NCBI GenBank assembly: GCA_023657425.1
Contig: JAGTJW010000002.1
Coordinates: 50,431 to 114,430 of the forward strand
Direction: 5' to 3'
Length of the DNA stretch: 64,000 nucleotides
Source of the DNA: Ideonella sp. WA131b
Lineage (GTDB): Bacteria > Pseudomonadota > Gammaproteobacteria > Burkholderiales > Burkholderiaceae_C
This document shows, piece by piece, positions 13,246 through 24,372 of this stretch (position 1 is the first letter of the stretch; every line of letters starts with the position of its first letter). The notes beneath the pieces are model-generated. The model saw only the letters and a list, made by a program, of their open reading frames with translations. It was not told where the DNA came from and did not search any database. The position numbers were made by a program, and so were the translations under genes.

Positions 13246-14183
13246 TTGAACGTTCCGGCCCCGGCCCGCGCCCCGCGCCGCCCGCTGCATGGCGTGCTGC
13301 TGCTCGACAAGCCCCTGGGCTGGAGCAGCAACGATGCCTTGCAGAAGGTGAAGGGCATGCTGCGCGCCGAGAAGGCCGGCCACACGGGCACGCTCGATCC
13401 GCTGGCCAGCGGCCTGCTGCCGCTGTGCTTCGGCGCCGCCACCAAGTTCAGCCAGGCCAGCCTGGACGCCGACAAGCGCTACACGGCCACGCTCAGGCTG
13501 GGCGAGCGCACGAGCACCGGCGACCGCGAGGGCGAGGTCGTGCAGAGCCGCCCCGTGGCCGTGGAACGCGCCGCCATCGAAACCGCCTGTGCGCGCTACA
13601 CCGGCACGATCGAGCAACTGCCTCCCATGCACAGCGCCCTCAAGCACGAAGGCCGCAAGCTCTACGACCTGGCCCGCGCGGGCATCGAGGTCGAGCGCAC
13701 GCCGCGACGGGTGACGATTCATGCCCTCGACATCGTGCGCTGGCAGAGTGACGAACTCGTGATCGACGTGCGTTGCAGCAAGGGCACCTACATCCGCACG
13801 CTGGCCGAAGACATCGGCGAAGCGCTGGGCTGCGGTGCCCACCTGGCCACGCTGCGCCGCACCGGCAGCGGCGCGCTCGATGTCGCCGACGCCGTCACCA
13901 TCGATGCCCTGCAAGCCCTGGAGCCGGCCGCGCGAGAGGCGCTGCTGCGCCCGCCGCAGGTGCTGCTCGGCGAAACGCCCGAGGTCCGCCTGCCGGCCGA
14001 CGAAGCGGGCCGCTTCCTCACCGGGCTGCGCCGCCGCGTGGCGCTGGCCGATGCCCCGGCCGTCAAGGTGTTCGGCCCCGGCCCCCGCGACCCCGGCGCC
14101 TTCCTCGGCACCGCCCACATCACCGCTGGCGAGTTGATCCCCGACCGCCTGCTCAGCCCCCTTGAAGTGCAAGGCTGCACCCC

Positions 14184-14187
<4 letters not shown>
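13246..14187 (+). CDS. truB: tRNA pseudouridine(55) synthase TruB
   Basis: [34 protein letters not shown]; TTG start just after the rbfA stop. Confidence 0.95.
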
Positions 14188-16016
<1,829 letters not shown>

Positions 16017-16022
16017 AGCGCC

Positions 16023-16937
16023 ATGACACGCGGGCAGGCCCTGGCCACGATGGTGGCCGTGACGCTGATGTGGAGCATCGCAGGCGTGGTCTCGCGCTGG
16101 CTCGACGGGGCGCCCGTTGGAAGCTACGGCTTCGAGATCACCTTCTGGCGCAGCGCCTTCAACGCGCTGGCGCTCGTGGTGCTGCTGCTGGTGCTGCGCG
16201 GGCCGGCCCGGCTGTGGGCCACGCTGCGCGGCGGCGGGCGGGCGCTGTGGCTGTCGGGCGTGTGCTGGAGCGTGATGTTCACGGCCTTCATGGTGGCGCT
16301 CACGCTCACCTCGGTGGCCAATGTGCTGGTGACGATGGCGCTGGGGCCGCTGTTCACCGCGCTGCTGTCCCGCGCCGCACTCGGCCACCGGCTGGAGCCC
16401 CGCACCTGGGTGGCCATCGCGCTGGCCGGCGCGGGCATCGCCTGGATGCACGGCTCGGGCGTGCAGGGCGGCGATGCGAAGCAATGGCTGGGCACGCTGG
16501 TGGCGCTGGCGGTGCCGATAGCCGGCGCCATCAACTGGACGCTGCTTCAGCACCTGAAGACACGCGCCGCCAGCGGCGCCGAGGCCGGGGACATGCTGCC
16601 CGCCGTGCTGCTGGGCGCCCTCATCTCGGCGGCCGTGATGCTGCCGCTGGCCTGGCCGCTGCAGGCCACGCCGCACGATGTGGGCTGGCTGGCCTTGCTG
16701 GGCGTGGTGCAGCTGGCCATCCCCTGCCTGCTGGCGGTGGCTGCGGCGCGGGTGCTGTCGGGGCCCGAGATCTCGCTGCTCGCGCTGCTCGAGGTGGTCT
16801 TCGGCGTGGCCTGGGCCTGGCTGGGTGCCGGCGAGACGCCCTCGGTCGCGGTGCTCGGCGGCGGCGCGCTGGTGCTGCTGGCGCTGGCGGGCAACGAGCT
16901 GCTGGCGCTGCGGCGCGCCCGCGCGGCCGTCGACTGA
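16023..16937 (+). CDS. DMT/EamA family transporter
   Basis: About 10 hydrophobic segments in two EamA-like halves; LLEVVFG..WAWL..GE. Confidence 0.85.
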   Translation: MTRGQALATMVAVTLMWSIAGVVSRWLDGAPVGSYGFEITFWRSAFNALALVVLLLVLRGPARLWATLRGGGRALWLSGVCWSVMFTAFMVALTLTSVANVLVTMALGPLFTALLSRAALGHRLEPRTWVAIALAGAGIAWMHGSGVQGGDAKQWLGTLVALAVPIAGAINWTLLQHLKTRAASGAEAGDMLPAVLLGALISAAVMLPLAWPLQATPHDVGWLALLGVVQLAIPCLLAVAAARVLSGPEISLLALLEVVFGVAWAWLGAGETPSVAVLGGGALVLLALAGNELLALRRARAAVD

Positions 16938-17035
16938 GTCTGCGTTTCAGGGCAAGCCCGGTCCGATGGCCCCGGACGCCGGACTAGCATCGCCCGCACG
17001 GCGCCCCCCCCATGAGGCGCCATGGAGACCAGGCG

Positions 17036-18700
17036 ATGAAGCAGCTCTCGGGGCTCGACGCGACCTTCCTCTACCTCGAGACGCCCGAGATGCCCATGCA
17101 CGTGGGCGCGCTGCACCTGTTCGAGCTGCCGCCGGGCACGCGCAGCAAGTTCGTGACGCGCCTGCGCGAGCACCTGGCCTCGCGGCTGCCGATCACGCCG
17201 GTGCTGCGGCGGCGGCTGTGGTGGATGCCGCTGAACATGGCCAACCCGGCCTGGGTCGATGCCGAACCCGATCTCAAGCAGCACATCGTCGAGATCCGGC
17301 TGCCCAAGGTGGCCGGCCGCGCCGCCGGGATGCGCGAGCTGGAGGCGCAGGTCTCGGCGCTGCACCCCGTGCTGCTGGACCGCAGCCGCCCGCTGTGGAA
17401 GTTCCACGTCTTCGAGGGCCTGGCGCCCGGGCCGAATGGCGAAAAGCGCGTGGCCCTGTACACGCAGCTGCACCACGCCGCCGTCGATGGCCAGGCCGCC
17501 GTGGCGCTGGCCAATGCCCTGCTGGACACCACGGCCGAGCCGCGGGCCATCGACGTCAAGCCCTCGGGCCGGAAGCGCACCTTCGAGCTCGACATGACCG
17601 AGATGCTGCGCGGCGTGCTGGGCCTGCAGGCGCAGAAGGTGGCGGCCATTGTGAAGAACCTGCCCGACACCGTGGGCACGCTGAAGGACGCCACCGTGCA
17701 GGCCCTGGGCAGCAGCAGCCTGCTGGGCGGCAAGGGCGGCTCGCCCGGCAACCTGACGCTGGCCCCACGCACGCCCATGAACGTGTCGGTGACGCGTGAG
17801 CGTGCCTTCGCGACCGTGACGCTGCCGATGCACGAGCTGCGCGCTTTGGGTCGCGTGCATGGCGCCACCGTCAACGACATGGTGCTGGCGGTGTGCAGCG
17901 GCGCCCTGCGGCGCTACCTGGCGCGCCACCGCCAGCTGCCCAAGAAGAGCCTGGTGGCCGCAGTGCCGATCTCGCTGCGCGAGAAGGGCGACACCACGGC
18001 GGACAACCAAGCCAGCATGAGCCTCATCAGCCTGGGCACGCACATCGCCGATGCGGGCCAGCGCCTCGCGCACATCAAGGCTGCATCGGGCGCGATGAAG
18101 TCGACCATGGGCAGCCTGAAGAGGATCCTGCCGACCGACTTTCCGTCGCTGGGCGTGCCCTGGCTGATGGAGGCTGCCGCTTCGCTGTACGGCAAGGCCA
18201 GGGTGGCTGACCGCATCCCGCAGGTGGCCAACGTCGTCATCAGCAACGTGCCCGGGCCGCCGGTGGCCCTGTACATGGCCGGCGCGCGCATGCTCACCAA
18301 TTACCCCGCCAGCATCGTGGTGCACGGCATGGCGCTGAACATCACCGTGCAGAGCTACGAGCACTCGCTGGACTTCGGCCTCATGGCCGATGGCGCCGCC
18401 ATGCCCGACGTGCGCGAGCTGGCCGAGGCCATCCGCGTGGCCTTCGACGACCTGCGGGTGCTGCCGCAGCCCGGAGAGCCGGGCCACGAAGACACCGCCG
18501 ACGCGGGCACCGTGCTGCGTGCCGCCAGGCGCGCAGCGGGGAGCGCAGCCGGCAGCGCGGGCCGCCGGATGGGCCACCTGCTGACCGACGCCGTCAAGGG
18601 GGTGGTCACGGGTGCGGTCCAGGCCGCTGTCTCGCAGGCGACAAAGCCTGCTCGCAAACCCCGGCCCGCCACCCCGGCCAAGGCGGCAACGCGACGCTGA
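17036..18700 (+). CDS. wax ester synthase/diacylglycerol acyltransferase (WS/DGAT)
   Basis: LSGLDATFLYLE, PMHVGAL, catalytic HHAAVDG, ISNVPGP, LNITVQSY; GGAG SD before ATG 17036. Confidence 0.92.
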   Translation: MKQLSGLDATFLYLETPEMPMHVGALHLFELPPGTRSKFVTRLREHLASRLPITPVLRRRLWWMPLNMANPAWVDAEPDLKQHIVEIRLPKVAGRAAGMRELEAQVSALHPVLLDRSRPLWKFHVFEGLAPGPNGEKRVALYTQLHHAAVDGQAAVALANALLDTTAEPRAIDVKPSGRKRTFELDMTEMLRGVLGLQAQKVAAIVKNLPDTVGTLKDATVQALGSSSLLGGKGGSPGNLTLAPRTPMNVSVTRERAFATVTLPMHELRALGRVHGATVNDMVLAVCSGALRRYLARHRQLPKKSLVAAVPISLREKGDTTADNQASMSLISLGTHIADAGQRLAHIKAASGAMKSTMGSLKRILPTDFPSLGVPWLMEAAASLYGKARVADRIPQVANVVISNVPGPPVALYMAGARMLTNYPASIVVHGMALNITVQSYEHSLDFGLMADGAAMPDVRELAEAIRVAFDDLRVLPQPGEPGHEDTADAGTVLRAARRAAGSAAGSAGRRMGHLLTDAVKGVVTGAVQAAVSQATKPARKPRPATPAKAATRR

Positions 18701-18710
18701 CAATGCACGC

Positions 18711-19541
18711 ATGGCCGCCAGACGCACCAAGCCCGTCCCCGACCCCTTCGCCCCGCTCGACGCCGAGGAGCTGGTGGCCGCTCCCGGCCCCTGGCAGCTG
18801 ATTCTCGAGGCGCGGGCGCCCTGGGAGCTGGCGGCGCTGCTGGCGGCCACGCCCTGGTTGAACCAGCTGCCGCACGGCGACGGCCACCCGGTGATCGTGT
18901 TCCCGGGGCTGGGCGCTTCCGACGGGAGCACGCTGCCGCTGCGGCAGTTCCTGCGCCAGCGCGGCTACACGCCTTACGCCTGGCAGCAGGGCTTCAACTT
19001 CGGGCCTCGCCACGGCGTGCTCGACGCCGCACGGGCCCGGGTGCGCCACGTGGCCGAACGCCACGGCGAGGCCGTCAGCCTGGTGGGCTGGAGCCTCGGC
19101 GGCATCTACGCCCGCGAGATCGCCAAGGAGCAGCCCGACATCGCGCGCTGCGTCGTCACCTTGGGCTCGCCCTTTGCCGGCCACCCGCGCGCCACCAACG
19201 CCTGGCGCTTCTACGAGCTCGTCAGCGGCCAGGCCGTGCACTCCGACGCGGAGCTGCTCGCGCAGATCCGCCGCCCGCCCGCCTGCCCCACCACCAGCAT
19301 CTACAGCCGCAGCGACGGCATCGTGGCCTGGCAATGCAGCCTCAACGAGGCGGCGCCGCACACGGAGAACATCGAGGTGCATGCCAGCCACGTCGGCATG
19401 GGCATGAACCCGCTGGCGCTGTACGTGGTGGCCGACCGCCTGGCGCAGCGCGTGGGGGCGTGGCAGCCCTTCGACGTGCAGGGCGCGCGGCGCTGGTTCT
19501 ACAAGACCACGCACCGGTCGCCGCTGCAGGCGTCGCACTGA
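18711..19541 (+). CDS. alpha/beta hydrolase (lipase/esterase-like)
   Basis: GDGHPVIVFPG, nucleophile GWSLGG, SRSDGIVAWQ, HVGMG. Confidence 0.85.
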   Translation: MAARRTKPVPDPFAPLDAEELVAAPGPWQLILEARAPWELAALLAATPWLNQLPHGDGHPVIVFPGLGASDGSTLPLRQFLRQRGYTPYAWQQGFNFGPRHGVLDAARARVRHVAERHGEAVSLVGWSLGGIYAREIAKEQPDIARCVVTLGSPFAGHPRATNAWRFYELVSGQAVHSDAELLAQIRRPPACPTTSIYSRSDGIVAWQCSLNEAAPHTENIEVHASHVGMGMNPLALYVVADRLAQRVGAWQPFDVQGARRWFYKTTHRSPLQASH

Positions 19542-20425
19542 TGCGGCTGGTGGCGGCCAACGGCACGGCGCTGGAGGTCGACGACCAGGGCCCGCCCAGC
19601 GCCGAGCCCATGCTGCTGGTGATGGGCCTGGGCATGCAGCTGGTGGCCTGGCCCGACGAGCTGGTGCAAGGGCTGCTGGCCCAGGGCCTGCGCGTCATCC
19701 GCTTCGACAACCGCGACGCCGGGCTCAGCCAGGGCTTCGACGAACTCGGCAAACCCAACCTCGCCGCCGCCGGGCTGCGCCACCTGCTGCACTTGCCCGT
19801 GAATGTGCCGTACACGCTGGCCGACATGGCCGCCGACACGGTGGGCCTGATCGATGCGCTGGGCCTGGAACGTGTGCACCTGGTCGGCGCCTCGATGGGC
19901 GGCATGATCGCGCAGCACGTCGCGGCCCGGCACCCGCAGCGCGTGGCCAGCCTCGGCCTGATCATGACGACCAGCGGCGCGCGCCACCTGCCGCAGCCGG
20001 GCTGGGAGATTCGTGGCTTGCTCATGCAGCGGCCCGACGGCCACGACGCCGAGGCCGTGGTGGCCCACCTCGAGCGCCTGCTGCGCGTGATCGGATCGCC
20101 CGGCTACCCGCCCGATCCGGAGCGGCAGCGTCAGCGCCTGCGCGCCACGGTGGCCCGTGCCTGGCGCCCGGCGGGCACTGCGCGCCAGTTGGCCGCGGTG
20201 GTGGCCGACGGCGACCGGCGTGCGCTGTTGCCGCTGATTGCCGCGCCCACGGTGGTCGTTCACGGCAATGCCGACCCGCTGGTGCCCGTGGAGGCCGGTC
20301 GTGAGCTGGCCCGGCTGATTGCCGGGGCCGAAACCGACTTCATCGCCGGCATGGGCCATGACCTGCCGCTGCCGCTGATGCCGCGGCTGGCCGATCGGAT
20401 CGCGACCAACGCGCGTCGCGCCTGA
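19541..20425 (+). CDS. alpha/beta hydrolase
   Basis: LLVMGLGMQL, RFDNRDAGLS, GASMGGMIAQ, HGNADPLVP, GMGHDLP; TGATG coupling to the previous gene. Confidence 0.88.
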   Translation: MRLVAANGTALEVDDQGPPSAEPMLLVMGLGMQLVAWPDELVQGLLAQGLRVIRFDNRDAGLSQGFDELGKPNLAAAGLRHLLHLPVNVPYTLADMAADTVGLIDALGLERVHLVGASMGGMIAQHVAARHPQRVASLGLIMTTSGARHLPQPGWEIRGLLMQRPDGHDAEAVVAHLERLLRVIGSPGYPPDPERQRQRLRATVARAWRPAGTARQLAAVVADGDRRALLPLIAAPTVVVHGNADPLVPVEAGRELARLIAGAETDFIAGMGHDLPLPLMPRLADRIATNARRA

Positions 20426-20504
20426 AGCGCGCCTCGGGCGGCATCGAAGCGGGGTTTGCGGGCGGTCAGTCCGCCGCCACCTCGCGGCGCGCATGATCGC
20501 GCGC

Positions 20505-23183
20505 ATGAGCATCCGCCACCTCGACGCCCTCTTCGACCCCCACTCCGTGGCCCTCATCGGCGCCAGCGACAGGCCGGGCAGCGTCGGCGCCACCGTCTGG
20601 CGCAACCTGCGCAGCGCCGGCTTCGAGGGCCCGTGCTGGCCTGTCAACCCGCGGCGCGACACCGTGGGTGGCGAACACGCCTACGCCCGCGTCGCGGCGC
20701 TGCCGTCGGCGCCCGAGCTGGCCGTCGTGTGCGTGCCGCCGGCGGCGGTGCCGGGCGTGATCGCCGAGCTGGGCGAGCGCGGCACCCGCGCTGCCGTCGT
20801 GCTGACGGCGGGCCTGTCGCGGCAGCAGCAGCAGGCCATGCTCGACGCCGCCCGGCCCCACCTGCTGCGCATCCTGGGCCCCAACGGCCTGGGACTGATC
20901 GCGCCGCACGCACGGCTGAACGCCAGCTTTGCCCACGTCGGCGTGCCCGCGGGCGGGCTGGCCTTCGTGTCCCAGTCGGGTGCGCTGGTCACGGCCATGC
21001 TCGACTGGGCGCAGGGCCGCGGCATCGGCTTCTCGCACTGCGTGAGCCTGGGCGAGCACGCCGACGTCGATTTCGCCGACCTGCTGGACTGGCTGGCCAG
21101 CGACGCGCGCACGCAGGCCATCCTGCTCTACATCGAGAGCATCGAGGGCGCGCGCAAATTCATGAGCGCGGCGCGCGCGGCAGCCCGCAACAAGCCCGTG
21201 CTGGTGGTCAAGGCCGGCCGCAGCCCGCAAGGCGCCGCCGCGGCCCGCAGCCACACCGGCGCACTGGCGGCCAGCGACCTGGTGTTCGACGCCGCCATCC
21301 GCCGCGCCGGCATGCTGCGGGTGGACACGCTGCAGCGGCTGTTCGACGCCGCAGAGACCCTGGCCCACGCCCGCGCCGCCCCGGCAGCCGCCGAGTCGCC
21401 GCGCACGCTGATGATCGTCACCAACGGTGGCGGGGCCGGCGTGATGGCGGCCGACGCCGCCGCGGCCGCCGGTGTGCCCCTGGCCGAACTGACGCCCGGG
21501 TTGCGCGCCACGCTCGACGCCGTGCTGCCGCCGAACTGGAGCCGCGCCAACCCGGTGGACATCATCGGCGACGCACCTGCGGCACGCTACGCGGCGGCGC
21601 TGCAGGCGCTGCTGGAGCAGCCGCCCGGGTGTGCGGTGGGCGCGGTGCTGTTCATGCACGCGCCGACCGCCATCGTGCCCGCATCCGACATTGCCGAGGC
21701 GCTGCTGCCGCTGGTGGCGCGCCACCCGGGCCGCGTGCTCGCGGGCTGGCTGGGCGAGGCGGCCGTGCGGGGCGCGCGCCAGGCCTTCCAGGCCTCGGGC
21801 GTGCCCTGCTACGCCACGCCCGAGGCCGCCGTGGCCGCCTTTGCCCAGTTGCAGACCTACCGCGACAACCAGGCCGCGCTGACCGAGTGCCCGCCGCTGG
21901 GCGGGCCGGTGGCGGTGGACACCGCCCAGGTGGCCGCCGTGGTGCGGCAGGCGCTGGGGCAGGGCCGCGAGTGGCTGACCGAGCCCGAGGCCAAGTCCTT
22001 GCTCGCGGCCTGCGGCGTGCCCGTGGTCGGCACGCGGGTGGTGGCGCCTGAGCCGGCCGCCGCCGTGGCCGCGGCTCGCGAGCTGGGCCTGCCGGTGGTG
22101 CTGAAGATCCTGTCGCCGCAGATCACGCACAAGAGCGACGTCGGCGGCGTGGCCCTGCACCTGGAGACCGAGGCCGCCGTGGAGCAGGCCGCCCGCGCCA
22201 TGCTGGAACGCGTGCAACGGCTGCAGCCGGGTGCCACCGTCGAGGGCTACACCGTGCAGGCTATGGTGCGGCGGCCGCGGGCTCTGGAGCTCATCGTCGG
22301 CGCCAGCCTCGACCCGCTGTTCGGCCCCGTCATCCTGTTCGGGCACGGCGGCACGGCCGTGGAGGTGCTGGCCGACCGCGCCCTGGGCTTGCCGCCGTTG
22401 AACCCGCCGCTGGCCGCGCTGATGATCCGGCGCACGCGCGTGGCGCGGCTGCTTGCGGGCTGGCGCGACGTGCCCGCGGCCGACATCGCGGCGGTGGAGC
22501 GCGTGCTCGTGGCCGTCTCGGAGCTGATGGCCGCCGAGCCGCGCATCACCGAGCTCGACATCAACCCCCTGCTGGCCGATGCGGATGGCGTGATCGCGCT
22601 CGACGCCCGCGTGCGCGTCAGCGCCGCGGCGCCGGGGGGCGCGGCCCGATTCGCCATCCGGCCCTATCCGGCGCAGCAGGTGCAACGCCACCGCTGGCAG
22701 GGCCGCGAGCTCACCATCCGCCCCATCCGCCCCGAGGACGAGCCGCAGCATCTGAGTTTTCTGGAGCGGCTGTCGCCCGAAGACATCCGCATGCGCGTCT
22801 TCTACAGCCGCCGCACGCTGCCGCGCACCGAGCTGGCGCGGCTGGTGCAGATCGACTACGAGCGCGAGATGGCCTTCGTGGCCACTGTCGTGGGCGAAGG
22901 CGGCACCGAAGAGACGCTGGGCACCGCCCGCGCCGCCTGCGACCCCGACAACGACTGCGCCGAGTTCGGCGTCATCGTGCGCAGCGACGTCAAGGGCCAG
23001 GGCCTGGGCCGCTTGCTGATGGAGGCGCTCATCGCCCACTTGCGCCAGCGCGGCACGCAGCGCCTGGTGGGCGAGGTGCTGACCGAAAACCGCGGCATGC
23101 GCATGCTGTGCCAACGCCTGGGCTTTGCCGAGAAGCCCGACGGCGACGTGGTGTGCATGAGCCTGGCGCTGCGGCCGGGCTGA
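20505..23183 (+). CDS. protein lysine acetyltransferase Pat (CoA-binding/ligase-like/ATP-grasp plus GNAT fusion)
   Basis: SVALIGAS, ILGPNGLG, SQSGAL, KAGR, THKSDVGGV, LDINPL, C-terminal GNAT (IRPIRPEDE, GQGLGRLLM). Confidence 0.88.
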   Translation: MSIRHLDALFDPHSVALIGASDRPGSVGATVWRNLRSAGFEGPCWPVNPRRDTVGGEHAYARVAALPSAPELAVVCVPPAAVPGVIAELGERGTRAAVVLTAGLSRQQQQAMLDAARPHLLRILGPNGLGLIAPHARLNASFAHVGVPAGGLAFVSQSGALVTAMLDWAQGRGIGFSHCVSLGEHADVDFADLLDWLASDARTQAILLYIESIEGARKFMSAARAAARNKPVLVVKAGRSPQGAAAARSHTGALAASDLVFDAAIRRAGMLRVDTLQRLFDAAETLAHARAAPAAAESPRTLMIVTNGGGAGVMAADAAAAAGVPLAELTPGLRATLDAVLPPNWSRANPVDIIGDAPAARYAAALQALLEQPPGCAVGAVLFMHAPTAIVPASDIAEALLPLVARHPGRVLAGWLGEAAVRGARQAFQASGVPCYATPEAAVAAFAQLQTYRDNQAALTECPPLGGPVAVDTAQVAAVVRQALGQGREWLTEPEAKSLLAACGVPVVGTRVVAPEPAAAVAAARELGLPVVLKILSPQITHKSDVGGVALHLETEAAVEQAARAMLERVQRLQPGATVEGYTVQAMVRRPRALELIVGASLDPLFGPVILFGHGGTAVEVLADRALGLPPLNPPLAALMIRRTRVARLLAGWRDVPAADIAAVERVLVAVSELMAAEPRITELDINPLLADADGVIALDARVRVSAAAPGGAARFAIRPYPAQQVQRHRWQGRELTIRPIRPEDEPQHLSFLERLSPEDIRMRVFYSRRTLPRTELARLVQIDYEREMAFVATVVGEGGTEETLGTARAACDPDNDCAEFGVIVRSDVKGQGLGRLLMEALIAHLRQRGTQRLVGEVLTENRGMRMLCQRLGFAEKPDGDVVCMSLALRPG

Positions 23184-23186
23184 GGC

Positions 23187-23705
23187 TCAGCCCTTCTCGC
23201 GCGTCAGGCGCTCCGCGAACGAGATGCCGATGGCCGAGAGCACGAAGGTGAAATGGATCACCGCGACCAGCGTGACGATCTGGATGTTTTCGAGGGTGAG
23301 GTCGCCGCTGAGGTAGGTCTTCAGCGCGTGCACGCCCGAGATCGAGATGATCGCGAAGGCCAGCTTGAGCTTGAGGTTGTAGGTGTTGACGTGGTCGAGC
23401 CAGTCGGGCTTTTTCATGTCCTTGCTGTCGAAGTGCCCGGTGGTCACGAACAGCGACACGCCGGCCAGCGCCACCACCCACACCAGCTGCGCCACCATGG
23501 TCATGTCGACCAGCTCGAGCACCTTGATGATGAGCTCGATCTTCTCGAGCTTGCCGAACAGCAGCGTCTGCATCAGCTTGAAGGTCTCGAACAGGAACTT
23601 GCCCAGGATGCCCATGATGATGGCCACCAGCCCGGCGTAGAAGAACAGCATCATGAAGCGCATGCCGTACAGCAGCGAGCCGACACTGGAGAGGATCTTT
23701 TCCAT
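23187..23705 (-). CDS. YqhA/UPF0114 family membrane protein
   Basis: VLELVDMTMVAQL, LKLKLA..IISIS.VHAL, IHFTFVLSA. Confidence 0.8.
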   Translation of the reverse strand: MEKILSSVGSLLYGMRFMMLFFYAGLVAIIMGILGKFLFETFKLMQTLLFGKLEKIELIIKVLELVDMTMVAQLVWVVALAGVSLFVTTGHFDSKDMKKPDWLDHVNTYNLKLKLAFAIISISGVHALKTYLSGDLTLENIQIVTLVAVIHFTFVLSAIGISFAERLTREKG

Positions 23706-23731
23706 CAGCTTCCTTGGTTGTCGGTGCGCGT

Positions 23732-24313
23732 TCAGCCGCGCGCCCGATCGGCAGCGACACGCCGCCCTTGTTCACGCCGCCGCCGCTCGCGCCAGATCAG
23801 CACCGCCCAGCCCCAGTAGACCACCCCATAGGCGGCCACGCCCAGCACCAGGCCCGCCAGCGGGAAACCGGCCAGCAGGGCCGGCCCCCACGAGGTGATC
23901 TGCTCCCACAGCGCGCCGGGCCAGGACAGCGGATCGCTCCAGACCCACTCCACCGGTGTCGGCGCGACCGTGCCGGGGGTGGCCCTGGGCACGACGAAGG
24001 AACCCAGCCAGGCCGACAGCGCCCAGATCGGCGCCATCGTGAACGGGTTCGTCAGCCAGGTGGCCGCGGCGGCGGCGGCCACGTTGGCGCGCAGCGCCAC
24101 GGCGGCAAGCATGGCCGCCGGCATCTGCAGCGGCAACGGGAACACGCCGATGCCGATGCCCAGGGCCACGCCGAGCGCCACGCTGTGGCGATGCAGCACC
24201 CACAGCCGCGGGTGCTCACGCAGGTAGTGGCCCAGCCAGGCGAAACCACGGGTTTCTTCGAGCGTTTGGGCGGTGGGCAGCCAGCGGCGGAGGCGCTTCT
24301 TGAATTCGGGCAT
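23732..24313 (-). CDS. DUF2062 family membrane protein
   Basis: RLWVLHRHSVALGVALG, FPLPLQM, LRANV, TWLTNPFT. Confidence 0.85.
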   Translation of the reverse strand: MPEFKKRLRRWLPTAQTLEETRGFAWLGHYLREHPRLWVLHRHSVALGVALGIGIGVFPLPLQMPAAMLAAVALRANVAAAAAATWLTNPFTMAPIWALSAWLGSFVVPRATPGTVAPTPVEWVWSDPLSWPGALWEQITSWGPALLAGFPLAGLVLGVAAYGVVYWGWAVLIWRERRRREQGRRVAADRARG

Positions 24314-24372
24314 GGGGCGGTGCGGGCGACACCGATTGTCAGTCAACCCGGCCCACCCTGCCGCCGGGTTGC

